From Balanoglossus misakiensis (taxonomy: Eukaryota; Animalia; Hemichordata): a DNA stretch of 64,000 nucleotides. Position numbers and translations under genes: made by a program. Numbering within the stretch: the stretch's first letter is position 1; the number at the start of each line of letters is the position of its first letter. The DNA lies in assembly GCA_040954595.2 (NCBI GenBank), contig CM082596.2, forward strand, positions 4,457,025 through 4,521,024. Reading direction: 5' to 3'. Shown here one piece after another: positions 12,811-27,877 of this stretch. A model generated the notes under the pieces. That model was not told where the DNA came from. It saw only the letters and a list, made by a program, of their open reading frames with translations, and made no database searches.

Positions 12811-15800
12811 GTGTTATAAGTAAGAGGGAACTTACCGATGAAAGCAGATTTAGTTGACAACGCCAATTATATTTCTTCAACTCTGAAGAGCTTGTGCATT
12901 CACAACGAGAAACCCATGAAAACAATCCGCTTGTAATCCCCATGTGTGCTATCAAAGCAATAAGAGAAGGAAAGTGCAAGTTATTAGCAGTTCATAGCGG
13001 TCAAATCCCTCTCCAAATGTGCAAAGAGTAGTGAAAATAATTGTCAAATAAGTCACGAGCCAAGCCTCTGAAAGCAAATGCATAAGAATCAAGATTTTCC
13101 AAACGGGTCCATCAATAAAGCTGTAAAAACATATTAGAACACTCGCAACATTTGCGTAACCAAAGGAACACGGAAGCAGGACGCTTTGCTATCAATTTCC
13201 CGCATTTTCTAAACATTGAAAGCCACAAAGCCTTCCAAGCGACGAAGATTGCAGTAATGTGCAGGGATAACGCCATAAGAATCCATTTCTCGTCATACCA
13301 TTATTTGAATTGAATAATCATTTCATAGATGTCGCGCGTATTAAAGTTTACTAAATTCCCCGAAGGGAAGTCCAACCTTAATCCCTCTCATTAGAGAGGT
13401 CCTTTAAAACCAGTTTACACTACTCTGGATATACCGGTACTAACTATTGTCAATACTGGCCATTTCAGCATGCCATGTAAAGGGAGCACAGGGAACAGTA
13501 TAGTTGATGCACAGAGTAGAACTACTGTTGGAAACATATATTTTCAAAACTAATATCTTGTGTATACCTTTAACACTTAATGGATGTTTGTAAATTCACC
13601 AAACGCACCAAATAGTCACATTAAAAAACTAAATAATGTCGTTATTTTGCACTTTCCTCGCTGCTATATAATTAAATATTTGTCCAGAGTATACAAGAGT
13701 GTCATTTATGTTTGTTTCCGATAAGACAAACGCCCGCCAGCACCCGATGCATTGTAATACGACGTCTTTGGAGATGAAACTAAATGCCAAGAGTTCACCG
13801 ACTAGATGATATTTGAATGCGCCCACAAGCACCCAACTTCCGATAATCGCATTTCTCTGTCTGCATATGTTAATTCGGCAAATCTTCTAACACTTAAGGA
13901 TGTAGGCGCAGATATATGGATATATGGACGCCAATCAAGCTTCGTACAAATCATGTTACACGTTCTGACTACATCATTCACTGACATCACGTTTTTTCAA
14001 AACGTAATGTGCTGACAGTGCCTCAGTAGTGTTTCCTCTTAGGCGGCCTTCATTCGAGCCCTCAAAAACCTGAACCTCATGCATCTACGAACATTAACTT
14101 TTTTTCTCGGTGGTCCTGTTTCCATGGAAACATTACCTCTGTCATCCGCGCGAGCTATACTTCGGTAGACACAGTTGTTATTACGTGTGCGCCTTAAGAC
14201 ACAATATCCCTTTTTTCATATCATTACATTCAACCCTGAACAAAAACTGCTATCAAGCGCATCGGTAATTAAGGTGGTGACAGTAGGGGGCAGACCTCTA
14301 TTTGGCGCAAAAAACACTTCAAAAGGAAGCGATGGATGCATTGCAAAATACAATATTTCTCCTCGGGCGTCAAAGTACAATATATGTGTGCTCAATCAAT
14401 CTTGCCTGCCGTATAAGTTATAAGAAAATGTGGCGAGTGTGCTTACGTACTACACATGAAGTGCCCCTCTACTGGGGCGCAACCACACTTGACATTCTCC
14501 ATGCTTGATCACACGTTTGTGTGATTGTTCTTTTGCAGATATAAATCATATGGACCTAAAGAGACAGCAAAATAATGGTCGTAAAATAAAGTACACTTGC
14601 CCTTCTCACAGAAAAGCTAGAGTGATGTATGAGATTTTGAAGCATTCCAACTAGAACTTTTCGACAAGTTATCCATCCTTTACTGTATATATTTTAACAC
14701 ATGTTATGAAACCGAGGACGGTCAATCACACATTTAGAAGTTATTCTTAGAAAGCCAATTTATTATAATAAAGTGAATATGAACCATAAGTTCAACACAT
14801 GCTCTTTGAGTTTCGAAGTTCGAGTTGGCGTTAATAGACTGATCGGCTATAAAGTTTAATTATAATCAGTCGAACAGCGCGACTGATGGGCCGGTGATTG
14901 TGACGTCATAGTTGTACGCGCATATTTCTGGATCATAAATCATGCCTTCTAAACCCCGCAGGCCGTCATCGAGTAATGGCACAGCAGAAAATTATGTCCG
15001 TAAAATAGAATTACAACCGGGACGCCTGCATGAAATGTTGAGATTAATTGAATAATGAATCCACCTTTTTTATTGTCAGAGGTAATCAGCCCATGTCCGC
15101 TATTGCCGCAACAAAGTTGTGAAAGAATGAATTGATTGACATTTATGGCCAATTTTATATTATACTGAATATTTTTGAACGCTGGTAAATTGCACGCTTC
15201 TTCCCTGTGGTATGTATCTGGGCGTGTCGTTGCCTGTTTTGTTGCCCATGATGTCTTAAAGCCACCATGCATGGTAACTATGTACCAGGCATTGCGCCCC
15301 ACTGAGGACTATACTCTTGCAGTACCACCTATAGCTCTACGCAGGATACCTAGATCTCAAAGGAATTAAATTCCCGGATTATATTCACTGCACTGTCATA
15401 GCGTATACCCGTGGGTGTCTGAAGCAGCAGCGAGCGACGAGCTGCCATAAATTACGCGTTTCACTTTTGTTATACAAACAAAACATAAATAACCTATGTT
15501 GCCCATACGGGGACGATAAGAACTGTTTACAAAATGATTAAAAAAATCCCAGAGGTGGAATTACAAATTTCCACGAATAAACAGTTTAACCTTATCAACA
15601 GTCATTGCGTAGGCCTACTCCCATAGGGTAGAATTCTTCTGATGAGACTGATTCCTAGACGGATAAATGTAAATATTACAGATCTTGCTTGAGTAGAATC
15701 ATGGGAGAAAACTGATGAAACGTGGCTTAGTATGGTCTCAAGGGAGTCAGCTGCTATCTTAAAATGTCAAATCTCAGTAAATATTACATATTTACTTCCC

Positions 15801-18800
15801 TGTGCCAATATTGCATGGAAGACACAGGAAAACCACGATGTGTTCTTGACTGATTACTACATGTACCATCTGAAGCCTCTTTATTCAGCTTTTCCCAGCA
15901 TTGACACAATCTATCACTAAAGTGCACAAACAGGTCACTAAAGTCAACCATTTTGTTAAGTTTATTCGAGAATTTATCGGCTACAGAAAGTTTAATTGTA
16001 GAATGTGACGATTGCTGAGAACCTGTTATGTGTCCAGACGTTTGATGCAGCTAATGAGGTCATGTCCACTGTACCTGTACTAGTATACAAGTATACTTCA
16101 CCTGAAAGTATGCGTCACCTCAAAATTGAATTTGTATCGATGGCCTCTTCAATTTAACCTTTGACATTTTTGGAAAACGCGACAAGTCTCCCGTGCTTAC
16201 ATGCATGCGAGTCTCCTGTTTAGTCAAATTAGAATTGTAACAAATCGATTAATTTTTTTACGTCAAATGATGCGTTTAGTGAAACCTTGTCAAAAATGTG
16301 GCTTTAGGAATAGCTGTCCAGAGGAATATTAGAATGTCTTACTGGAATAATTCTCAGTAGAACAGGCGGTTGTTGCATATATGAAAATGAAAGGCGTAAA
16401 ATGCTAGGATTCTGTGATGTTTTGAGTGTTTTTTTTCTCTTTTGTGTGATACTCAGTGAAAAGAGCTAAAACCAGACATTGCCCCAAATATATCCTGCCA
16501 AACAAAAGCAGTTTCCATGCTTGGTCCCAAGAGCCCAGGCCTGCAAATGGTAGTTAATACAGAAACACTTTAAAATGCTCTATCAGGGCGATTGTGACCT
16601 CATTTTTTGCGTTTGTCATTTTGTGCTTGGTATCTAATAACGGTGGGAGGAGGGGAGTCATCTTGTCCAGATGTCAGCACAAATCCACATTGCGTCGAAG
16701 TCGTCACTCTTAATAAATCCCGCTCGGATGAGTAATAAAGCAATCACAGCCAGATAACTTTTGGTTAGTGGCTTGCGCGGCACGCAGAAACAAGTGCTAA
16801 TCTGCCATAAATTACAACAAAGGGACGTGGCGCTGTGTGCGCGCCTGCGTTGCTATTTTGTCCGAGTTTATTGGGTTAATCGAAGTTGTCACAAGGGTAA
16901 GTAGGTCACTTACTTAATTGTGTTCAAGTCGGTCACCATTTTCTTAAGCGGGGCTATGGTTTCTAAAGTCCAAATCTGTTTGAATTTAGTATAGTTTTCC
17001 TGGACAACACAACTTTGTTGCATGAATTCGTCGTTTAGGCCTACACAGTGTTTATAACACCATCGGAAGGATCAATAGATTTGTTTGTGGTGTTCATCTA
17101 CTCAAACCAACAGTTATATTGTTTGAAAAGTCACTCTTGGTTAATGCTAGTTTCCATCTCATACAACATATGAAATCCTTCCTGGTGTTAATACGCTTAG
17201 CAATGATATCTTAGTCCATCAGCAAATCTGTTGGCTCTAAGATGATCGCACGGGCAGGTTGTTCATGCGTACAATCTATGTCGTTTTTGCACTTGCATAA
17301 ACTATAACATGGCACCCCAGTGACGTCACATATGAACGAAATGATTCGTGACTACAACATATGTTTATTTTCACTCACCTAGGCCATTTTTATCATGTTG
17401 CACGACATAATCTGTTGAATCTGGCAGACCTGTTCCAGTGTTCATCATTTAGATTCTAGACTAAAACTACACGGGTCAACTCAACAGTTTGCAAATCAAC
17501 TATACTGAAGCCTTTAATTGCAGTGCTCAAACTTTGATGGATTGTGGTCGCTCGTGTTGGAATCCAAAGTGACACAAAATGACTGCATTGGTGAATCACT
17601 CACGACAGTAAAGGCGTGTAATCTAAATGCAAAATCCACCCAACAAATTAACTCTTCCACTGCCAACAAGAAGTAAATTAAATGTCCAGTTGCCAATTGA
17701 GTTACTGACAAATGAGAAAGGTGGAAAAATACCTTTGGTCGCCTGCACATCAATTTTAGGTGGCACATGTTTTGAGTGGGCACTTCTGATATAATTGCAA
17801 GCAAACCAAAGAACCAGTGGATGAGGTGTGCTGCGAACAGCCCGGGGGCGTGATGTCATGTCAAACGTGTTTATAAAAGTGTTACATCGAAAATTTAACT
17901 ACTGAGCATGTCAGGATGAGCACGTTAACAACTCTCCATGGAGACCAGAACCATTTTCCACGTGTGATGCAGTTGTCGTAAAATCGCTCAGGGTGATTGT
18001 ACATCATCTAACGATTACTGCCTCGTGCGACAAAGTCTGCCGTCTAGCCGATTGACGTCACGCTCATTAATTATTCATAATAAAAAGGGTAGTCGTCAGG
18101 AAGAGATAAAGGGGCAATTTAAGTTTAAGGAGACAAGACTGGACTCATGAACGTATTAATAATGACGGTCCAATTATCTCGTAGAGCGAAAACTGAAGTC
18201 TGGAATCTTAAAGTCTGTTACCTGAAAGCAAATGCTAGGAAATCACAATCCGACAGAGAAATCTCTTCGCATGTGGCGCGCAAATTTTTGATGTTTGACG
18301 CACTTTAATGGCAGTGAGTGAAACCTAGATAATACCGGTTCATTTGGTTAAAGTCAATACACTATGAGTTACCTCTAGCTAGTGCTATGACTTTTACTAT
18401 CTATATTATAATGTTCAGCATGTTCCCGCAAAATAGCATTTTTAAAGTTAGCACTAGCAGTCAGCTAACATAATTATTGGTATTTTTATTTGTGAATGAC
18501 AGAGCCTGTCACGAGTCTTCTGAATCTTCCCCTAGTTTGACCTCTCCCTTCGATCCAACTACACACTTCTACTAGTTATCCGTTGATGGGTTCCCAAGAC
18601 GTGCTTATTCAAAGCTTTGGCTCATCCCGTCCTTAAACGCTTGCTGTTGCTATTATCCTAGTGTGGACGTGAAATTCCGAGAGGTACAATATTCTCCTCG
18701 AGTCGGAGAGTGCAGAGGGTAATGCGGTTTCTCTGCGGTGCGTGATAAAAAGCAGCGGGCTAAATTAACATTTGTGACTTGCAATCAATGGGTATTCACT

Positions 18801-21800
18801 GACGCGCCACGGAGGTTTGCTCATATATCTCTTCTGAGAATTTAGATTTTCGTGAATTGCTGCATGTTAGGCGCTCTGCTGTATGCATGCACGTTTATCC
18901 TTCAAGAGACACTTCTATTCAACACAACTGTAGGAGCCAGTCTCGCAATAAGGGCAAATTGTGGCACATATAGATGGTGTTATGTCGTTGTTGTGTGGTT
19001 TAAGGTGTGTACCGGCATGAAGTTAGATAGTTAGATTACGGTCTGATATATGGAATCATTAAATATTGCTTTTATCAAAAAATCTACCCAACCCTTTCAA
19101 AATAAAACTATTAATGAACTCGTCAATAGATCGTTAAGGCCCAAGCATCGGTAGCAATTTGTTATCTTTCGTGCCCCAAATAATAAGTCTCTTGGTTTAA
19201 TCACTACCCATAACAATGTGATTAATAATACATAAATTAAGTAAACATACACGAAATACCATCGCCGACAAATTATTAGAAAAACCGCTGTGAGGTTTTA
19301 TTATTCTTTATGCCAACAATGTCCATGCATCATGCCCGCATCAGAAAGCACAGAGCCAACAGAATGTAATTTATTGCATACTTAATACCTAACTCGATGG
19401 TGGCGATTAGACATGTTATTTTATATGTAGGGATGGAGATGCGTGAAGTCGTTTCACGCCAGCCCATTACATTTACAAGCGAAAGAGAGACTGAATAGTA
19501 GTTTTATGGCATTATTTGCTGAAGAGTGGTGAATAGCATACAAATGTTTTTATCTATCATATCAGGTATATGGAGCGATCGCCTGTTGAAGTATCTAATG
19601 CTCATGGCAAAATATGGCTATTGGGTATAGATGTTTGCGATTGCACAAATATGTACTACCACGATTGATAATTTATAATATACGTCGTCTATTTTGCTCT
19701 TCAGGGTTAATTTTCTTGGATAATCAAGGAATCACTTATTATCGCTTGTATTCAAAAGTGCGATGGAACTAAATCATGCAATTTAAAGCGGATTTTAACC
19801 ATCTTATCTTGAGTGCTTTTACTTCATTTGCATAATTACAACTGTCAATGTATGGTTTTATTCACACTCATCAATCATCCGAAGAGAAACTGTCGCGTGT
19901 GAAGCCCCTAGTGAAACCTTAATGACGTGTATATCATTCTAAAACAAGTGGTCGAAGTTTTTTCGGCATTGCGTTGTCAAACAAAACTGATCGTGAGATA
20001 CGCCATAGTCCCTGTAATGAGCAAGACTTTTCTGTTTTGTTCCCATTTGACAGGGGGGAAAGGTTTCATAGCCCAAGACTACCTTTACTAACATTTAATG
20101 GTTTGGTGTCTAGGCGAAACCAAGTGCTAATCACCTCTATTTTGCTACAGCTGTAAATGAAACACTGAGTCTCATAGCTGTTACTGTGAAGCCTGCCCGA
20201 TAGACAAATTTAATTACGAGCATATCTCCTCAAAGGGATGTTGGATGTCGCAATAGGGACTCGGTGTGTGCTTATATGCATTGTGTAGCAATCTACGCTG
20301 AAGTAGCTGAAACATATAGAAGCGAAAACCTTTTTACTTTGCCATGGTAACCGATGCATTGACGTAATACAAGTATATTACAAATGCTGGCCTTCAGTTA
20401 GATGATTATCTGCGGAAAGTCGTGATGTGGCAATGAACTTTTTCATTCGACCATTTAATTCTCCGTATAACGTGGTGCCAAACCACAGTAAGCCCAAAAT
20501 CGCGTGTCCACGAGTTATTGGAGACCCACTTATAAACGTTACTTTCAAATCGTTAAAAGTTTAGCTTTGGCACGTTCGTGTCAAGTAGTCCGCTGTTTAC
20601 ACGCTGAGTGTGACACTAATTGAGCATGTTATACTTTGAATAGCCTGGTTGCTTCAGTTCGGTTGTTAGGTTAAACTGATACACAGTATTTATGTTTTAG
20701 CGAACTGTTTGCAGAATGTTCTTAAGACAGATCTCTGTCTCTGTTTGCATTTAAGAGTTTACACACAAAAACGAAGTTCAATTTAGACTACCTGTCTTCA
20801 TCCGTTCAAAGTCGCTCATGCGTCAAATCTGAGAAAAACGCTCTTCTACGTTTGAGTATATTAAAGTGTCAGTCCAGCAAAGTATTCACAGTTAACTGAT
20901 GGTTTTGACTGAGTTATCCTGCCAAATGTACATGTGCGAGTAAAAATTGCGAATCGTTAAAAAGTAAAATGAAAATCTCCAGGTGCAAATAGAGATTACT
21001 GTGTCGATTACTGTACTGTTTTGCTGATCTGAAACAACACAGGAGTTCCTTTGCAAATTACCCCTCATCTTATTTACCTTTTAACACTGACTAAAATTAT
21101 AAATTGATATTGAGACACATTTGTTTCCTTAACTTCAGATTTAGACACAGTTTGAATCCTTAAATTGCTTTCTTCATACCATGAAATGTAAGTTATCTGC
21201 ATAAAATAATAATAGGAGCTTCTGAAAAATATACCTAAATTGGTTAAATTTATCGTCACTGACGTATTACGCTGCCTTAAACGTGGCACATGTAATTGCG
21301 AACGCTGTGCTTCTCAGCAACTAGAAGAAAAGCAACACTGTAAAAAACTCCATCGGGGCACGTTACTTCATTCTGTACTACTTAACAGTAAATTCTTGAC
21401 GACAGCAAGCCTTTCAGACGACAAATAAGTCGACCATTGAAGTGCCTGCCCGTGACGTCTGTACACAACAGAAATGGAATTCCCTTCAAAGCATCCCGGC
21501 TTAAGCAAAGCCGTGGACGCTGTCGAAAAAATAAAGGACTTCCTTTCACGTGTTGGAAAATTACGTGGATTGGTGTGATTGCCCTATATTGCCTGTTAGT
21601 ACTCCTACATGTCAAGATAGCGCAGAGCAAAGCAGTTAGTTGTGCACGGCCATAGAAGGAGTACCTTACACAACATTTACACAACTTTAAACATAACTAA
21701 GGCCACATCGCCACATACGTATACGTGAACCATTTAAGTTCCATCTAAGTACACAAGCCATGGGTTGCAACTTGTATACAATATGTCAGAGGCTCTAACG

Positions 21801-24800
21801 CGTGTTTTATTAAAATTCTGACACAGATTGCCCATCAACGTTTCATTTTAGTGCATGTAAGCGCCTGTTCCTTTTGGTTAGGCCGCTTATGACGGCCATT
21901 TTTTACCTGCCAGCCGTCAATTATGTATTTCTTTAAAAATCATCAGTGTGCTCCTGGAAACATATCGGTGAGCATTGTCGTATTAGTTACTTTTTTACAT
22001 TCCATATTTAACGAGAAAAATGAAAAGTGATACATGCACTGGTTATATCATAATTTAGTGAAAATTATCATGAATTCTTTAAAATTTCTAGATATTTGCA
22101 TTTAGCAGTATATCGAATTTCTCTGCGATTACTGAATACATGCACACCCACGTATATTGAAATGATATTCTTCGAAGAAGTACATTCACACAAAAGCTTC
22201 TTTTCAAAACATGAATGATTGGTTGGATCCATTTGAAATGCAAACAAAAGCTCTAGCAAAAACTGCAGGGCACGTTGCAAACAACAAAATTACCTTGAAT
22301 AATATACGAAGTATATGTAAGCGGATTGACATTCCGTTTAACGTACGTGCTATGACGATGTGGACATTGTTATGTTCAGTTTATGACACCGTCTCGCATT
22401 CTCAACCTGAAAATCGAAAATATTTGGCATGAGATCTAATCTCATGACAGTCCACCACGATTAAGCCAATAAACCTGAATAATAAACCATGTACCGGTAA
22501 ATATACACACGTAAACACAACAGCAAACATTCAACGTTCGCTTTGAGAGTAAGATTCGCAATTGCCAACATTTCAGATGATTTCTGTCTGATATTCAAGA
22601 ACGTATGATGTACGTGGCAAATTATTGATTTCAGTGGGAATTTCAGTCGACGTCACCAATGTCGACAGACGACACAAGCTATACCCAGACAGTTCGGATA
22701 ATATAGTTGAGAACATAGGTACATGCCATAAGCAGCTTATAATGTAATCCGTCAAAGCAGAAAACCGCCACATCCTATTACCCCACATATTAATACGCTG
22801 GGCAGTGGTTGCCATGTGGAAATGAATATAGACCGGTAAATATATACATTACACACATGTAACTCAAGTATGAATCAGATTCAACGGCAAGAATAAAACG
22901 TGTTAAACTGATCGAGACACCAGTGTCTGCAAACTTTGGAATCAAGTTTGGAGATACAGTGACTGCTTGAATTGTAATGCACGTAAAGAAACGCATGCAC
23001 ACAACATATTAACGCTGTATTACAGGGGGCCCTATGGCTACTGATTTAAACCTAAATGGCTTCCTGGGCCTGTATGTGCTGCACAAATAGAGAATAATCT
23101 TCTTGCACTATATTGAATGGTTCGCACACTGCGTGTATATCCGTCAACCTGATTATATTGGGCTGCTGAAACACTCACCCATATCTGCAATGTTTTACTG
23201 CTGAATGTGAATTCTGAATCTCATGCACAAAGACTTCGCTTGTGCGATTTTTATAAATAACAACATGGTATACGTGGTTCGAAAATAAACGGCATATAAT
23301 TGTGTTTAACCTGTTTAATTCATCCTCAAAATGTTAGGCTGGGATAGCGGAATATTAGTTTCACAAACCCTGTGTTACTGGAATGTAGTGGTTTTGAATT
23401 TTCAGAACTGGTTTCAGCGATGATTTCAGATATGGCCTACGGCTGGTGGCGTTTTAGCTAACCAACAGTCAGCCAAATAAAAGGGGAAGGATGGCCGCAG
23501 TATGGTTCTGCACTACTGTTGAAAACAGGAGATTTGAAGATGTGCTCATGCTGGGCAAACATATTTCAGAATAACGAGCAAATTACAGTAAACCCTGACA
23601 TTTACAGAATCTGCATCAGCCTTGCAGAACACACACAGATACAAGAAAAAAAGTATACAATCATCTTCCATAATATAGTTAACACGATTGAAACTATTTT
23701 GGGATAATTGCATTTGGTAATGAACCCTGTAAAACTCTCAGCACAGTACATGTAGCCTACAAACTCGACATATTTATCGTTTTGTTTTGATATTTAGGCC
23801 AATTTTGGATCTTGTCATGTGACGACATCACTGACAAATGACGTACAGTAACAAAAAAGTTAAAACGTCGAGTGCAGAACAGGGGAACTTTTCATCATCT
23901 ATTTCACCAGTCACCAAGCACGAGTTCAATCACGGGAGGCTATGATTGTGTGTAATCATCCTGGTGGTTTCAATTGCGTGTAACAGTGCCACTTTGAAGT
24001 TCAGTGTCACATGAAAGGACACCACAGGGGCATAGCAATCAGCTGTGAGTGCATTAGATTGAGCGTGGGAGATGTTACGCCTATAAACCCTGCATCACGA
24101 CAGTTGCGGTGCCTCCAGTCACTTAAATAAATTATATTTAATCGTGCAATTTCTAAGGAGCACTAAAGGTCATTTCACACTCCAGTGAATTTGAGATACA
24201 TTTATCATCCGAACGTGGTTGGCTTGTTTCCGTGCTCTCCCTTATCACACATCAGTTGAATTATTCCGTCGCGCAAATCGGCAAAGCTTTCCACTACATA
24301 TTGGTGCTTATGCGCTTATTTGTACCATGTTCCAGTAGTTAGTAAATCCCACACTCTCATATCTTAGTAATTCGTAAGGTCAGGGAAGGGAGGTGAAACT
24401 CCGCCTGTGAGGAGCTCACAGTACGTGCGTGGTTTGGTGCAGCAGGATTCCTATTGGCCTACTTCTCATCGCCCTACTCGATTTTCCATGAACGAACATC
24501 CGATCACGTACATGTACATCCGCCCGATCAGTTCGATCTGCAGAAAATTAATTCATATGGGGGCCACCGTACTTTAATTTTCTCTGACAATACCATGGTA
24601 TTCGTTCTTCCTTATTTCGCGTAATTCTTACAGTGATGTACCGGCAAAGGAAACCTTGGGTTTGCCAGAGTGAGAAATGTGTGTATATACTGGTACATGT
24701 ATTGCTATGATATATTTTCTCTTAAATTTACAAAACTTCAATTTACACAGCTTTCATTTCAACCCACTGCTCATCATAGGTACAAGCAGTAAGGGGACTG

Positions 24801-26737
24801 ACCTGACGAGCACTATAGCCAAGAAAACAGGCAGAGTAAAAGGACAATCTGTAAAAAGTCATGGACGTTGAACTCCTATCAATATCCGTATTGATTGAAT
24901 ATACCGGTACTTGAAAAGCACCGCTTTCAATGTTCAATGACGGAGAAGTCATAATTGATGTCGTTTCTGATACTGCCTTTGTAACTGAATCTCATATTTC
25001 AGCAACAAATCACATGTGAAAAGGACATATTTGATGATCCTACTTTGTAACCTAATACTGTAATAAGCTTAGACGATTACAAATGGTTTTACAAGTGATT
25101 TCGGTCTCCTCTTAGATTTGTCCTTGGCTGGGCGACACAAAATGAAAGTGAACTCATTCTGGTGGATAAAGGAAAGGCTTTGAAGGGTTGTAAACTGATT
25201 AATATAAATGCATATAATGCAGTTGTTGGTTGGCTACTGGAAACACGCAAACTAGGGTCTCACTGGTTGGCATTTCTTCTTACCAATAAGAATGTCCCCC
25301 CACCCAGGAGTAATGGGTACCTGGTAGGACAGAAATTGCAATGTGTGTTTTTAGCTCTGCTGCACTGATATACCAGAAGGAAAACAATCAAAACAGATGG
25401 AACAAGTCAGACCATACATATTGCATGTACATGTATTGGGCTCGTCAGGTAAGTAGTCCTCCGTGCCAGTTAGTAACACTGCTATGAGACAACCACTATA
25501 CGCACAGATCGGTTGAATTCGAATGTGGATAGTTTTGACTTGGTTACCGCTGTTTTCCTTATGTTCTGCACAATTGTCAGGGCACTGGATTATAAATGTA
25601 TGACTACAGGACCTTACGTAGTCCCTTTCATAAATTTAACAAAACAAATACCACCAGGCCTCTGTGGGATTTGTTGTCAAAACGCCTTACAACAGTTGAT
25701 CAAGAAAGATAAACCATCAAGAAATTAAATGGATATTTGATTTCATTTTTAAGGTGTTTTCGTTTTCGTAGAATTACAGGTAATAATGTAATTGGTTTAT
25801 TTGCTGTTATTTCATATCAGATAACCCAGCATAGGTTTCATTAGTTTTATGATTGTACTTAATGAGATACCATCTAAAACCCCAGGCAATTATTTCAGTA
25901 ATGTAAAAGTCTTATCGATTCCATGGTTAAATTGTTTTCCGATCCTATTTCAATGATTCAGTTTCAATTCATTCATTTTGATCGGTGTGTGGGGTCAAAA
26001 ACGTCATTTCTTCAATTTAGAAAGGGTATATAGAATGACATATGCTGGATGTTAACCCTTGAATTGCGTGCGTTGCATTTACGGGTATTAAACTCAGATC
26101 GAATAACTCTGTTCAGTACAAGAAATGCATATCTTATGTACACTCATCAAGTTAATGGAAACAATGGGTACTTTGGCCATGCGTTTAAAGTATCTTTTGT
26201 CTTGTATATCAAATATAGTTTCTTGTTCGCATTTCTACAATATTCCAAAGTGCCCACTTTTCTACTGTGATTTTAAATCGTTGTCGATAGATCAAAGTGG
26301 TTTGTTTATTTCGTCTGTCACTTTTTTCATTTTTCTAACTCTTTAGCACGTTTTTATGGCAGGGAACATCAGTTAAAGGGTTTATTTGCCATTGTTTTTG
26401 CTGTTTTGATTTCTTTCTGTATGAACAGTATAACAGCAAAGGGCGATATGTTTTGTCGCCTGGCTGAATTCGTGTACCGCCATTTTGTCGTGTGCGCACT
26501 TCTGTACCAAAGAACCTAATATATTGTCAAGAAAGGCTGCTTACACGACATCTTCTGAACAAGCTGTTAACTGAGATTATTACTCAAGTTCCAATGCATT
26601 CTCTGGGGTGATATAGAATCAGTTCGGTCAAGTTTGAATGAGGTTTTAGTAGCTGGTGATATGCATAGATCGCCAGAAACAGCAATAATTAGAAGGTTTC
26701 GTCAACTGTTGAAAGGAAACTAACAAGGCCTATATTA

Positions 26738-26798
26738 CCCTGGGACATACTTTGTGCAGCCCGCACACGTGATTATGCCCCAGGGAGGCAGGATTAAA
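26738..26798. repeat. Degenerate small inverted-repeat element
   Basis: ccctgggacata...tatgccccaggg-aggcaggattaaa. Its reverse complement shares cctggg(g)gacataatc and ttt(a)gtcctgcctc pieces with 1671-1755, suggesting decayed copies of one repeat family. Confidence 0.35.
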
Positions 26799-27786
26799 AG
26801 ACCGATAAAGTATAAATATCTTCATTATTTCCTGTTTTGCACACTTTAACTGGTTATATATATTCAAACTGCAAAGAACACCATCGTTGAACCGACAAAT
26901 GTAAGATTGTGGTTTTCTTCTTCGGTTATCAATGATTGATTGATTGTTTGATGTGAATTTAACTACAAAAGGCCGAGTGACACAGTAGACTTGGCATTGT
27001 ACGTATATCTGTAATCCTCATGAAGGGATATGTAATGTACTGAAACCATGGCAATTACATAAATCATCATCAACTTGACTGATAACTTGATTGATAAATT
27101 GATTGACTGACGAGTTGATTGAATCTTAACGCGTTTATCTTGCACGTTGTTTGTTTTCCTCTTTGAGAACAGCACTATCTCTGTTACATTGCAATCAATT
27201 CCCATACTAGGTCACTATCACCCTTGGAAGTAGATTATTTTGCCATTCCTGTTCCTGACATCGTACATAAATCAGAGCCGTGAAAACCTTTAAGCTGTCA
27301 GAACATTTATCGTTTTAATGATCCGGAGTCTATACTTTGAGCACCGTCGAGGACTTATGTAAAGCACCTCAGAAGCACTGCAGCAGACCTAACCATTATT
27401 AAAGCCTCTAGAGTTGCCACTTTTTGTACTATTCCCATGATTTTAGTTTCAAGCTTAAATTGGTCCATCTAAATAAGCTTACTGATAGGTATCCATGAAC
27501 ACCTTATCGATGAGATAAAATTACTTCGGAGAAATTAGGACAATACTATTTCGAACTTCACATATCGACTATGTTATTTCCGACAATGAATATACAACTT
27601 ATTGATTTCCACAAAGATCACAGGCGGTCCCAATATCAATGCAATGACTATTTTTAAATGTCTACAAGCCGGAAATTGATCAATTTGAATGGCCTAGATC
27701 GTGGTCGCCTTGACTGGCATGCGGTCGTCTAAGTGTGAATGTCAGAAACGGAATCTCTGGTGATGTTCTGCTACAACGTCACGTTG

Positions 27787-27877
27787 TTAACCCTCTCACC
27801 ACCATGGATATGTCCAAACCCATTGTTTTCTATAGTAAGGTTGGATTTCTAAAGAGGAACTGGGGTGAAAGGGTTAA
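27787..27877. mobile_element. piggyBac-like MITE (83 bp plus TTAA target-site duplication)
   Basis: TTAA|ccctctcacc...ggtgaaaggg|TTAA: TTAA on both sides, CCCT...AGGG termini and ~10-bp TIRs with 1 mismatch, the piggyBac superfamily signature. Confidence 0.75.

Noticed and set aside
13629-14015. Peptide ELTYAD reminiscent of the RT YADD motif
   Set aside because: The second Asp is missing and no other RT motifs are present; too weak.
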